Shown: positions 29,508 through 38,479 of the stretch, piece by piece
Numbering within the stretch: the first letter of the stretch is position 1
How the letters are laid out: every line of letters starts with the position of its first letter
Origin: Alkalispirochaeta sp.
GTDB lineage: Bacteria; Spirochaetota; Spirochaetia; DSM-27196; Alkalispirochaetaceae
Direction: 5' to 3'
DNA length: 64,000 nucleotides
Assembly: GCA_965601925.1 (NCBI GenBank)
Contig: OZ271854.1
Coordinates: 64,001 to 128,000 of the forward strand
The notes under the pieces: generated by a model
What the model saw: the letters and a program-made list of their open reading frames with translations, nothing else
Databases searched by the model: none
Told to the model about the DNA's origin: nothing
Program-made: the position numbers and the translations under genes

Positions 29508-30782
29508 TTACTGGACCTGCGCCACCACGTCGGCCAGGGCGTCCACCGCCTCTTCACTCGATATTTGATTGTTGAAGTGTGCGGTAATCACATCGTACAT
29601 CGCGTTCTTGACCGCGGCGCGCGCACCGTGGCCGTGGGCCATCGAGCCGTATAACGTCCCGGAGGCGGCCGCATCTCGAAGTTCGCCCATGGCATTGCGC
29701 CCGATGACGGTAAACTCCTCGTCGGAGACGTCGGTCCGTGCCGGTACCGAACCCTTCACGGTGTTGAAAGCGACTTGAAAGCCGGGCTCCATGATGGCAC
29801 TCGCGAGCATCTGCTGTGCGCCCTGCAACTCCAGCGCCACCTCAAACATCACAAACTGATCGGAGTTGAATAGCACCGTACCCTGCGTACCGGGTGTGCG
29901 GAAGCCCATGAAGTCCTCGCCCGCCTCAAGTCCGGCGTTGAAGAACTCGCCCTTGGCCCAGTCACCCATCATTTGGAAGAGCGCCTCACCCTGAATCACC
30001 ATGGCCGAGGCGAGGTTCCAGTCGCGACCGCTGAAGTTGGGATCCACGTAGCCGCGCAGAACTTCCATACGCTCAAACACGTCCAGCATCTGATCCGACC
30101 GGAGCGCATCCTCGTCGAGGTCGATAATCGCCCGCCGATAGAAGTCGGGACCGCCGACCGATACGAGGACCGCTTCCCACACCGTCGCGTCCTGCCACGC
30201 CTGTCCGCCGTGGGCGAGACCGACGTAGCCCGCCGCCTGTGCCGCTTCCAATGCGGCGACGTACTCGTCCCACGTCTCGGGGATCTCAAGCCCGAGCTCG
30301 TTCAAGAGGGAGAGATTCGTCCAGACCCAGTTTGTCGAGTGCACGTTGACCGGCGCGGCGATCCAGTCGCCGTTATAGGTGGAAAACTGCTTAATCGCGT
30401 CGGGAATCACCGCGTCCCAGTTCTCGGCCGCGGCGATATCGTTGACGTTGGCCAGTACACCCAGCTCCGCCCAGTCGACGATATCGTAGCCCAGCATCTG
30501 CACCGCCGCCGGAGGATTGCCCGCCGTCGCGCGGGAACGAAGCACCGTCATCGCCTCGGTACCGCCGCCGCCGGCCACCGGGGAGTCGACCCACTCGATG
30601 CCCTCGGCCTCCAGGTTATCCTTAAGAACGCCGAGCGCTGCGGCCTCGCCGCCGGAAGTCCACCAGTGCAAGACCTCGACCGTGTTGTCGTCGACGACGG
30701 ATTCCTGTCCGCCGGCGGCAAAGAGCGACCCCGCCGAGGCGACGATCGTCAAGACAACGACCATGACGAGCATTTTCTTCAT
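29508..30782 (-). CDS. Sugar ABC substrate-binding protein, glucose/mannose-binding (GtsA-like)
   Basis: VEVLHWWTSGGE, APVNVHSTNW, AHGGQAWQD, MGDWAKGEF, KGSVPAR, SMAHG. Confidence 0.93.
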   Translation of the reverse strand: MKKMLVMVVVLTIVASAGSLFAAGGQESVVDDNTVEVLHWWTSGGEAAALGVLKDNLEAEGIEWVDSPVAGGGGTEAMTVLRSRATAGNPPAAVQMLGYDIVDWAELGVLANVNDIAAAENWDAVIPDAIKQFSTYNGDWIAAPVNVHSTNWVWTNLSLLNELGLEIPETWDEYVAALEAAQAAGYVGLAHGGQAWQDATVWEAVLVSVGGPDFYRRAIIDLDEDALRSDQMLDVFERMEVLRGYVDPNFSGRDWNLASAMVIQGEALFQMMGDWAKGEFFNAGLEAGEDFMGFRTPGTQGTVLFNSDQFVMFEVALELQGAQQMLASAIMEPGFQVAFNTVKGSVPARTDVSDEEFTVIGRNAMGELRDAAASGTLYGSMAHGHGARAAVKNAMYDVITAHFNNQISSEEAVDALADVVAQVQ

Positions 30783-30911
30783 ACAGCCTCCTTCTCGGTC
30801 CCCGAGGACCGCATATCAGATGACATAAAGGATAGTCCAATCGGAGCACGGCGCAACTGAATGGATCCGTTACACCGCCGAGCGATTGCGCAACCCTTTC
30901 AATCATCTTTC

Positions 30912-30953
30912 GAAAGTCAATTGACTTTCTTTCATAACTATTTTACATTGTAA
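30912..30953 (+). promoter_or_regulatory. Divergent control region with perfect 18-bp palindrome and rightward promoter
   Basis: GAAAGTCAATTGACTTTC (30912-30929). TTGACT, 17 bp, TACATT (30921-30949). TTACATTGTAA (30943-30953). Confidence 0.75.
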
Positions 30954-31004
30954 GTGCACCTTTAAACTGTGTCAAACAAAAAAGACATTCTCCGGAGGTG
31001 ATTC

Positions 31005-31970
31005 ATCGAACGGATACTGTGTGGCGTTGACCTTGGCGGTACGAAGATCGCGATCGCCCTCGTAGGCATCGACGGCGTACTCATACGCAAAGCGGAGATC
31101 CGCAATCACCAATCTCTGGGTGAGGACGAGACCGTCCGTCGGATCGCCGAGACGATCCGTACCGTGCTGTCCGAGGAGTCGGTATCGCCTGAGGCGGTCG
31201 CCGGTATCGGCCTCGGCACGTCGGGTCATGTGGACCATCGTCGGGGGCGATTAATCACCAACTCGAATCTTCCCGGCTTTACCGACTATCCGATCGGCGA
31301 ACGCCTCCAAAACGCAACGGGCATGGCGGTGCGCGTCGACAACGACGCCAACGCTCAAGCGTACGCCGAGTATCTCTTCGGCGCCGCACGTGGCTTCGCG
31401 CATGCGGTGTTCGTCACGATCAGCACGGGAATCGGCGCGGGTATCGTCATCGACGGGAAGCTCTATCGCGGCGTCACCGGTACCGCCGGCGAGCTCGGCC
31501 ACACGATCGTCAACCCCCACAGCACGATTCGGTGCGGCTGCGGCAACTACGGGTGCCTGATGGCCCACGCCTCGGGGCTGGCGCTTCCTCAGATCGTACG
31601 ACAAAAGCTCCTGCGCCCCGGAGTGGAGACGACCATCAATTTCACGCGTCTCACCGATCGCGAGATCAACGGCGAGTTCATCGGGGAGGGATTTCGCAGC
31701 CATGATCCCCTCTGCCGGGAGGTTGTTCTGGAGTGCGCGGACTACATGGGCATCGGCCTGCAAAACGCCTTTCAGGTGCTGAATCCCGGCGTGATCGTGA
31801 TCGGCGGCGGTCTCACCAGCTGGGGTGACGCCTACATCGATCGGATACGGAGTCGATTCTATCGCACGGCCGGTGATATGCTGAGCGACCCTATAGAGAT
31901 CAGAACGGCGACGCTCGGTACCGATGCCGCGGTGATCGGTGCCGCCGCGTTGGTGATGGAGACCACATGA
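31005..31970 (+). CDS. ROK family sugar kinase (Zn-binding type), apparent ATC start
   Basis: The frame extends upstream of the ORF-track start (31164) to include GVDLGGTK. In-frame TGA at 30999. GGAGG RBS precedes ATC 31005. Motifs VDNDANA, GELGH, CGCGNYGC. Confidence 0.9.
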   Translation: MERILCGVDLGGTKIAIALVGIDGVLIRKAEIRNHQSLGEDETVRRIAETIRTVLSEESVSPEAVAGIGLGTSGHVDHRRGRLITNSNLPGFTDYPIGERLQNATGMAVRVDNDANAQAYAEYLFGAARGFAHAVFVTISTGIGAGIVIDGKLYRGVTGTAGELGHTIVNPHSTIRCGCGNYGCLMAHASGLALPQIVRQKLLRPGVETTINFTRLTDREINGEFIGEGFRSHDPLCREVVLECADYMGIGLQNAFQVLNPGVIVIGGGLTSWGDAYIDRIRSRFYRTAGDMLSDPIEIRTATLGTDAAVIGAAALVMETT

Positions 31971-32710
31971 ACGACCGTCAAAAATCGATCCTCCGCCTCC
32001 TCAGTCAGGATCGCGAGTTATCGGTGAGCGAGCTGACCGACCGCTTCAAGGTGAGCGGCGTCACGATCCGGCAGGATCTGGACTACCTCCAGGAGGAGGG
32101 ACTATTGCGCCGCGTGCACGGTGGCGCGGTACTCCACAGCGAGGAGGATATCGCCCACCGCCTGGGCGTCAACTTTGAGAGTAAGCTCGCAATTGCCGAA
32201 CGCGCCGCCTCATTCATTCACACCGGAGACACGATATTTATCGAGGCGGGGTCGGCCAACGCGATCCTCGCCCGCCAACTGTGTCGCCGGAGCGGAATCC
32301 GGGTCGTCACCAACAACCTCTTTATCGCCCGCACCCTCAAGGACTCGGAGGTGACCGTCGTGCTCCTCGGCGGCGTCTACCAGCACGAAAGCGAGTGCGT
32401 CGTCGGGCGCCTCGCCCGTCTCGGTATCGAAGAGGTCAACTTCTCCAAGGCGTTCATCGGGGTGGACGGCTTCACCTTCGAGCACGGTTTTACCTGCTCG
32501 GACATGATGCGCGCCGAGATTGCGGGGTCGGTCGTAGCCGACAGTCGCGAGACCTTCGTACTGACCGACTCGACCAAGTTCGGGAGGACGGCCCTCACCC
32601 GCATCTGCGACACCGCACAGGTGCGACATATCATCACCGACGGCGGTATTCCGGAGGAGTATCGGCGCGGTTTTGCGGAATACGAGGTCGGACTGCACAT
32701 CGTGAACTGA
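31967..32710 (+). CDS. DeoR/GlpR family transcriptional regulator
   Basis: VSGVTIRQDL, RRVHGGA, IFIEAGS, VVTNN, DSTKFG. Confidence 0.95.
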   Translation: MNDRQKSILRLLSQDRELSVSELTDRFKVSGVTIRQDLDYLQEEGLLRRVHGGAVLHSEEDIAHRLGVNFESKLAIAERAASFIHTGDTIFIEAGSANAILARQLCRRSGIRVVTNNLFIARTLKDSEVTVVLLGGVYQHESECVVGRLARLGIEEVNFSKAFIGVDGFTFEHGFTCSDMMRAEIAGSVVADSRETFVLTDSTKFGRTALTRICDTAQVRHIITDGGIPEEYRRGFAEYEVGLHIVN

Positions 32711-32769
32711 GCGAATCCACGCGTTCCGAAATAAACGGCTCTATAGCCCATACAAAGGAAGAATCGACC

Positions 32770-33645
32770 ATGGCTCGAGTACTGATTACCGGTAACCGCG
32801 GCTTCTTCGGCACCCGCTTTCACGCGCTCTACGACGGCGACCACACGGTCGTGGGTATAGACAAAGACGACGTCGACATCGTCGACGCCGAGGCGGTTGA
32901 GCGGGTGGTACGCGAGGCGCGCCCCGAGCTCGTCATCCACGCCGCGGCGATCACCGCCACCGCTTTCTCAAACGAGCACCCCGATCTGACCCGGAAGATT
33001 AACGTCGACGGAGCGGTCAATGTGGCGCGCGCGGCCCGCGAGGTAGGCGCCAAGCTCATCTTCTTCAGCACCGAGCAGGTCTATAACGGGAACGGGGAGC
33101 CGGGGCCCTACACCGAAGAGGATGAGGCGCACCCCGACACGATGTACGGCCGCACCAAACTCGAGGCGGAGTCGCTCCTGCGGGATATCATCGAGGAGCT
33201 GTGGATCCTACGCTTCACGTGGCTCTTCGGCCTGCCGGAACGCGCCATGCCGGTTAACCCCAACATCCTCTGGAACGCCGTCCGGATCGCCCTCAAGGGG
33301 GAACGGACCGCGGTGGCGGTCGACGAGTATCGGGGGCACACCTACGGCTACGATATGCTGGATCGCGTCATGAAGGTTCCCGAAATCCCCTACGGCACCT
33401 ACCACATCGGAAGTACCAACGATCTCGGGCGCTACGAGATAACGCGTGCAATTCTCGGCGAACTCGGGCTATCGGACTCCCGCGTATCGGAGCTTCTGGA
33501 GGCCGATACTGAAAAATACGCCGGCAAGCCGCGCGACGTGCGCCTCGCCACGGACAAGATCGCACACCACGGTATAACCTTTGAGCCGAGCCTTGCGGCG
33601 GCATCCCGAGCCCTCGCGGAGTTCGGTCTGCGCGGGGCGGTGTAG
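32770..33645 (+). CDS. RmlD-like NAD(P)-dependent SDR sugar reductase
   Basis: ITGNRGFFG, HAAA, FSTEQVY, YGRTK (YxxxK). RBS precedes ATG 32770. Confidence 0.85.
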   Translation: MARVLITGNRGFFGTRFHALYDGDHTVVGIDKDDVDIVDAEAVERVVREARPELVIHAAAITATAFSNEHPDLTRKINVDGAVNVARAAREVGAKLIFFSTEQVYNGNGEPGPYTEEDEAHPDTMYGRTKLEAESLLRDIIEELWILRFTWLFGLPERAMPVNPNILWNAVRIALKGERTAVAVDEYRGHTYGYDMLDRVMKVPEIPYGTYHIGSTNDLGRYEITRAILGELGLSDSRVSELLEADTEKYAGKPRDVRLATDKIAHHGITFEPSLAAASRALAEFGLRGAV

Positions 33646-33669
33646 GGTTCGATAACACGGGAGCGAACG

Positions 33670-34353
33670 GTGCGAAGACTGTTGCCGGACAGCATTACGA
33701 ACATGAGAGACATCGGAGGCGTCGTGACGAGGTCCGGGCGGCGCCTTACCGAAGGTGTCTTCATCCGCAGCAATGTTCCCGTCGGCCTATCCGATCGGGA
33801 TCTTTCCTTCCTTGCGGAAAGGCGCCTCACCACCGTAATCGATCTCAGGTCGGCGCGTGAGATCCAAACTCAGAAAAGCGACCTGAACGACAGACGGTTT
33901 CACTACCGACACATCGAGGTAAGAGGTTCCACCCCGCCGGAATCCGAATCTGAGATACCCGAGGGCTATCTCAAAATCGTCGACGACACGCCGACGATCG
34001 GTACGATTATGGAAACCATCGCCCGCGCTCCCGACGGTGTTATCTTCCACTGCACCGCCGGAAAGGATCGATCCGGGGTGTTGGCGATGCTCTTATTGTT
34101 GTACGCCGGCGCATACGACGAGGATATCATCGCCGATTACCAGATTTCGCACGCATTCATACGGGCCGATGTGCTGAGATATCTCGAGCAGCATCCCGAA
34201 CTGCCGGCCTGGGCCGGACAATCGAAAGCCGAATACATGGAAAAGACCCTCGGATTGTTCAGGACCAGATACGGAACTATCGAGACCTACTTTGTGTCGT
34301 TGGGTCTGAGCCGCGAGGACACGAGGCGACTACGCGACAAAATGGTTGCGTAG
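33670..34353 (+). CDS. Tyrosine-phosphatase family protein (Y_phosphatase3 type)
   Basis: NMRDIGG, VIDLRS, P-loop HCTAGKDRSG. Confidence 0.92.
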   Translation: MRRLLPDSITNMRDIGGVVTRSGRRLTEGVFIRSNVPVGLSDRDLSFLAERRLTTVIDLRSAREIQTQKSDLNDRRFHYRHIEVRGSTPPESESEIPEGYLKIVDDTPTIGTIMETIARAPDGVIFHCTAGKDRSGVLAMLLLLYAGAYDEDIIADYQISHAFIRADVLRYLEQHPELPAWAGQSKAEYMEKTLGLFRTRYGTIETYFVSLGLSREDTRRLRDKMVA

Positions 34354-34441
34354 CGCGGTCGCTCCCGCGATTCCGTGGCTCGTTGCGAAACGCTACCCTT
34401 TGCGCTACGGCGTCGAGTGAACCCACCTTCCTGCGAGCGGC

Positions 34442-35641
34442 TCAGGATACGATCGCACCGCGTCTCACGAGGAGCTCCCGGGGCGCGGAAATCCGGAGCG
34501 CCTCTTTGACCGATGAAGCCCCGAAAAGAACCAGGTCGGCGCGACACCCCGCTTCGATCCCGTAGCCGTCGAGGTTCATGATGCGGGCGGGCTGCGTCGT
34601 GATCGTTTCGAAGAGCGGGGTGAAGTCATCTTCTCCCATCAGATGCGCAATATGACCGGCCATTCGGGCGACTTCAAACATGTCGGCGTTGCCCAGCGGG
34701 TACCACGGATCCTGCACGCAGTCCTGGGCGCACGCAACCGCGAGCCCTGCTGCGAGATACTCACTAATCGGCGCCATCGCGCGGTGGGCGGGGTGGCTGA
34801 AGTGCCCTCCGAGATGCACGTTGATCAGCGGATTGGCGACGACATTGAGCTCGGCGCGCTGCATCATCGGTATCAAGCGGCGACTGAGATAGTAGCGGTC
34901 GTAGGTTGCGCTGGCGGTGATGTGCGACGCCGTTACGCGCCCTTGCATACCGCGAGCGACGGTGCCCGCAACGAGTGTCTCAACGTGCCGAGACTGGGGA
35001 TCGTCACTCTCATCGCAGTGCATGTCGACCATCAACCCCCGGTCGGCGGCGATCGTGAGAAGATCCTCGATACTCTCGGTGCCGCGCCCATATGTCGGTT
35101 CGTTGTGAGGGATTCCACCGACGATGTCTACTCCCATGTCGAGCGCCCGCAGGAGACGGTCCCTGGTGTCCGGCGATCCGTACAAACCGTCCTGCGGAAA
35201 CGCAACGAGCTGGATATCGATCCGGTCGCGCAGTCGACGACGAACTTCGATCAGTCCCTCCACGGTGCGTAGCTCGGGATCCGACACATCGACGTGAGAT
35301 CGAATGGCCATGATTCCTTGTCGAAATGCCCATTCGCAGTAGCGAGACGCGCGTTCGACGACATCCTCTACCGTGAGGGTCGTCCGCTTGTACGTCCCCC
35401 AGTTGTCGATCCCCTCCCGGAGCGTCCCGGTCTCATTCGGGAGCTCCGTGAGAACGCTGTCTAGGTGGAAATGGGCGTCGACAAACGCCGGTGCGAGGAG
35501 ACGTCCCCGACCTTCGACGACGCGGGCGGAACCGGGATCGAGGGACGCTCCCACCGCCGCGATCGTCTCACCTCGGATCGCGACGTCGAGGCGTTCGGCC
35601 ATCCCCGGGAGACGGACCTCCCGAAAAAAGAGGTCAGCCAT
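34442..35641 (-). CDS. codA: Cytosine deaminase-like amidohydrolase
   Basis: DAHFHLD, IRSHVD, VAFPQDG, GGIPH, MHCDE, DPWYPLG. Overlaps codB. Confidence 0.85.
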   Translation of the reverse strand: MADLFFREVRLPGMAERLDVAIRGETIAAVGASLDPGSARVVEGRGRLLAPAFVDAHFHLDSVLTELPNETGTLREGIDNWGTYKRTTLTVEDVVERASRYCEWAFRQGIMAIRSHVDVSDPELRTVEGLIEVRRRLRDRIDIQLVAFPQDGLYGSPDTRDRLLRALDMGVDIVGGIPHNEPTYGRGTESIEDLLTIAADRGLMVDMHCDESDDPQSRHVETLVAGTVARGMQGRVTASHITASATYDRYYLSRRLIPMMQRAELNVVANPLINVHLGGHFSHPAHRAMAPISEYLAAGLAVACAQDCVQDPWYPLGNADMFEVARMAGHIAHLMGEDDFTPLFETITTQPARIMNLDGYGIEAGCRADLVLFGASSVKEALRISAPRELLVRRGAIVS

Positions 35642-36947
35642 CCTCGCCGTGCGGGGATGCAACGACGGTGTGGTCCTGGGGGAGGCCGACCGCTCCCAGC
35701 ACGAGGTCGCCGACGATGTACAGTACGATTGCAACGACGATACCGGTGATCGGCGGTATTCCGGGAGAAAAGTACGCCGCGGCGGACCCGCCGACGTACG
35801 CGACGAGTCCTGCGACGTTTACTTTGCGGAGCTTTACATCTTGCAGGCGCGGGTACGAACCGCGGTGCTTGTAGAAAAAGTCGGCGACGATGACACCACC
35901 GATCGGCGGGATAAAGGTACCGAGGAGGACGAGGTAGGGAATGAGCCAGTTGTAAAATCCGAAGATCGCCAGGACCGTTCCGATCGTCGCTCCGATGATC
36001 GTCATCAGCTTGCGATTTTCGCTTCGGACGAGGTTACACCCCGCTACCGAGAAGTTGTAAACCGTGTTGTCCTGGGTGGTCCAGATGTTGAGAAAGAGCA
36101 TGAGAATGCCCGCCAAAAGAAGCCCTTGCATCGTGAGCACATTGACGATGTCCGCCTCTTGATAGACGATCGCTCCGTACGCTCCGGCAAATATCATGAG
36201 TCCGTTCCCGATAAAAAATGCAAAGAGGCTTGCGAGAACCGCGGTTCTTCCGGAACGTGCGAATCGGGTCCAGTTCGTCGCCTGGGTTCCGCCGCTGACG
36301 AATGTGCCGAATACGATCGTGATCGCCGCACCCAACGTCATCGTCTCGGTGGGGCGGATCGCCCGCAACGCGGCGACACCTCCCGCATCGCGAGTGGAGA
36401 TGGTGAAGCTCCAGATGATAAGGATCGTCATGAGCGGGACCGAGACGATCGAAAGTTTTTCGAGGCCGCGGTATCCGATATACGCCGTCCAGGAAAAGGC
36501 GAATCCGAACAGGACCATCAGCGGGATCCTAAAAGCATCCGGCACGCTCAGCAACTGCATGAAAACGAGGGCTATCGTGGCGGTGCCCCACGCATACCAA
36601 CCGATCTGTGTAAACCCGAGCGCGAAGTCGGGCCATTTGCTTCCCCAGTCGCCGAAGCTGAACCGGGCGAGCAGCACGGAGTTGAGACCGGTACGGTACG
36701 CGGCGTATCCCAAGACGGCAACGTACGTTCCAAGCAGGAGATTTCCGAGTAGAACCACGCCCAACAGATCGTCGAACGCAAAAGCGACGCCCAGACTCCC
36801 CCCGCCCCACATGGTTGCGGTAAAAAAGGTAAATCCCAACAGTACGACCGACGTCGACCAGAGACTCTTGCGCGCCTGGAGAGGAACCTCCGAGAGAGGA
36901 AAATCCTCCTTCCTCTCGACCGCTTTGGATATACCGGAATCGTTCAT
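35634..36947 (-). CDS. codB: Cytosine permease (NCS1)
   Basis: GFTFFTATMW, FTQIGWYAWG, GTFVSGGTQATNWTRF, NIWTTQDN. Confidence 0.92.
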   Translation of the reverse strand: MNDSGISKAVERKEDFPLSEVPLQARKSLWSTSVVLLGFTFFTATMWGGGSLGVAFAFDDLLGVVLLGNLLLGTYVAVLGYAAYRTGLNSVLLARFSFGDWGSKWPDFALGFTQIGWYAWGTATIALVFMQLLSVPDAFRIPLMVLFGFAFSWTAYIGYRGLEKLSIVSVPLMTILIIWSFTISTRDAGGVAALRAIRPTETMTLGAAITIVFGTFVSGGTQATNWTRFARSGRTAVLASLFAFFIGNGLMIFAGAYGAIVYQEADIVNVLTMQGLLLAGILMLFLNIWTTQDNTVYNFSVAGCNLVRSENRKLMTIIGATIGTVLAIFGFYNWLIPYLVLLGTFIPPIGGVIVADFFYKHRGSYPRLQDVKLRKVNVAGLVAYVGGSAAAYFSPGIPPITGIVVAIVLYIVGDLVLGAVGLPQDHTVVASPHGEDG

Positions 36948-37157
36948 GGTCGCCCCCTTTGTAACGCAAACGTAGTCCAGCTTCCCACCGCAAATAGCAG
37001 AAAGAATCAGCTTTTGATCATAGGAAAAGTTATCTCGGAACACAAGCGTACCGGACGGTCATTTCCGACGCGACCTCCGAGTCGGCGCGAGTGGTGCACA
37101 CGAGAAGCGCATAACAAGATAGCTTGACCGGTACAACGAGCCGCGCGCTATCTTCAG

Positions 37158-37260
37158 TTACTCCGGCTCGCGAGAGCATGCGATCATCCGTTCGGTTCCC
37201 AGCCCGCTTCCCAGAAAGAACGCTTTGAATCGGAGACCCACATAGTAGCCGTTTTCGGGC
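37158..37260 (-). pseudogene. Degenerate, internally deleted copy of the 3' end of the 40238-41191 gene
   Basis: Encodes PENGYYVGLRFKAF/FLGSGLGTERMIACSREPE versus PENDYYVDLRFKAF[30 aa]FLGSGLGTERMIVCFREPE at 40238-40430; 90 bp are missing. Confidence 0.85.
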
Positions 37261-37474
37261 GTTCGTGGTCTGTTGTATGAGGCGGGCCGTGCGGGATGGA
37301 AATGTACACGTGGTGCGATCTTCGGATCGATGCACTGTTTTCGAAAATGCCGTCGTCCCGAGCGCCGACGCTTTTTCACGCATCGGACTCTTACGCGATT
37401 TCGAGCGCTTGCGTCGGGAGACACACTTTCCTATTATTGGCTACTTTTAGGCTTGCAAACCGCAAGGAGACGCG

Positions 37475-38314
37475 ATGAAAAGGATAGCGCAACTCGGACT
37501 CGTCGGATTCTGTCTGCTGACGGCATCCGTGACCGCCGCCGATACGGCGGAAGAGGTCTATCGCGAATCGGGCCTCGAATACGAACTGAGCCGGCTGAGT
37601 GAAACGATGGTGGCCCAAATGAACGCCGAAACATCGGCGCAACTATACGAAGGTGTGACGGCTGACGACTTTCGAACGATTGTTCAGACCGTTCCCGCGG
37701 CTTTCTCAGAGAGAGCTATGCGAGCGGACATCGTCGAGTCGATCGAAGAGGGACTTTCGATTTCAGAGAGATCGAATGCCCTCGAATGGCTGCGATCACC
37801 TACCGGACGGTATATGACCGAGTTGGAAAACGCATCGTCCACGCCGGAAGCGGTCGAGCACATTGATGAGTTCAGAGCGACCAACCGAATAGAGACGCTT
37901 TCGCCCCAACGGCTGGCGCTCCTGAAACGACTCGACGAGGCGGTGGGCCTCACCCGAGGCGCGGCCGATTTGGTGATCGGTGTGCAACTCGGTGTGGTTG
38001 CCGGAGCGTTGGCAACGGTTCCGATGGATCACGAGACGCGAGTGAACCAGATGTCGCTCCTATCGTCGCACCTGGAAGCGACCCGAGCCCAGATCGTGCA
38101 GCAGATGGAGCAGCAGTTGGCCTCGCATATGGCCTTTACCTATGACGAGGCCGCCGATGAACAGCTGACCGCCTACGTTGAATTTCTCGAATCGGATGTG
38201 GGGGCGCGCTATTCCACCGTTCTATCGGATGCGCTGAAGAACGCATTATTCGAAGCGGCGCTGCGCTTCGGCCGATTGCTTGCGGAAGGATTCGGCACGA
38301 ACGAACAGGTGTAG
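37475..38314 (+). CDS. Exported helical protein, DUF2059-like
   Basis: Signal peptide and AGGAG RBS. Repeated W/F-x-x-S-x-x-G motifs (WLRSPTG, FLESDVG). Confidence 0.6.
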   Translation: MKRIAQLGLVGFCLLTASVTAADTAEEVYRESGLEYELSRLSETMVAQMNAETSAQLYEGVTADDFRTIVQTVPAAFSERAMRADIVESIEEGLSISERSNALEWLRSPTGRYMTELENASSTPEAVEHIDEFRATNRIETLSPQRLALLKRLDEAVGLTRGAADLVIGVQLGVVAGALATVPMDHETRVNQMSLLSSHLEATRAQIVQQMEQQLASHMAFTYDEAADEQLTAYVEFLESDVGARYSTVLSDALKNALFEAALRFGRLLAEGFGTNEQV

Positions 38315-38479
38315 TCAACTCGCGGCTAACGGCAAGACGCGACGACCGATGTGAGTGCATCCGAGCCGCCCGTTCGGGCGGTTATCCGACCGCGCGGCGA
38401 CTCCACTCCGTGGACGGGAAACGGAGGCGAAACTGCGTATCCTCGCGGCCGCCACGTTCCACCCACTCCCGGGAATCTT

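Noticed and set aside
16867..30782. Both sugar ABC clusters lack an ATPase gene
   Set aside because: This is common: CUT1 systems often share a MalK/MsmK-type ATPase encoded elsewhere.
32281..32769. Apparent 163-aa N-terminal extension of the RmlD-like ORF
   Set aside because: It overlaps deoR out of frame. The real start, with RBS and Rossmann motif, is at 32770.
36948..37050. Possible purine or pyrimidine riboswitch upstream of codB (contains GGACTACG on the minus strand)
   Set aside because: The conserved purine-aptamer elements and P1-P3 pairing could not be found by eye. An Rfam/Infernal scan would be needed.
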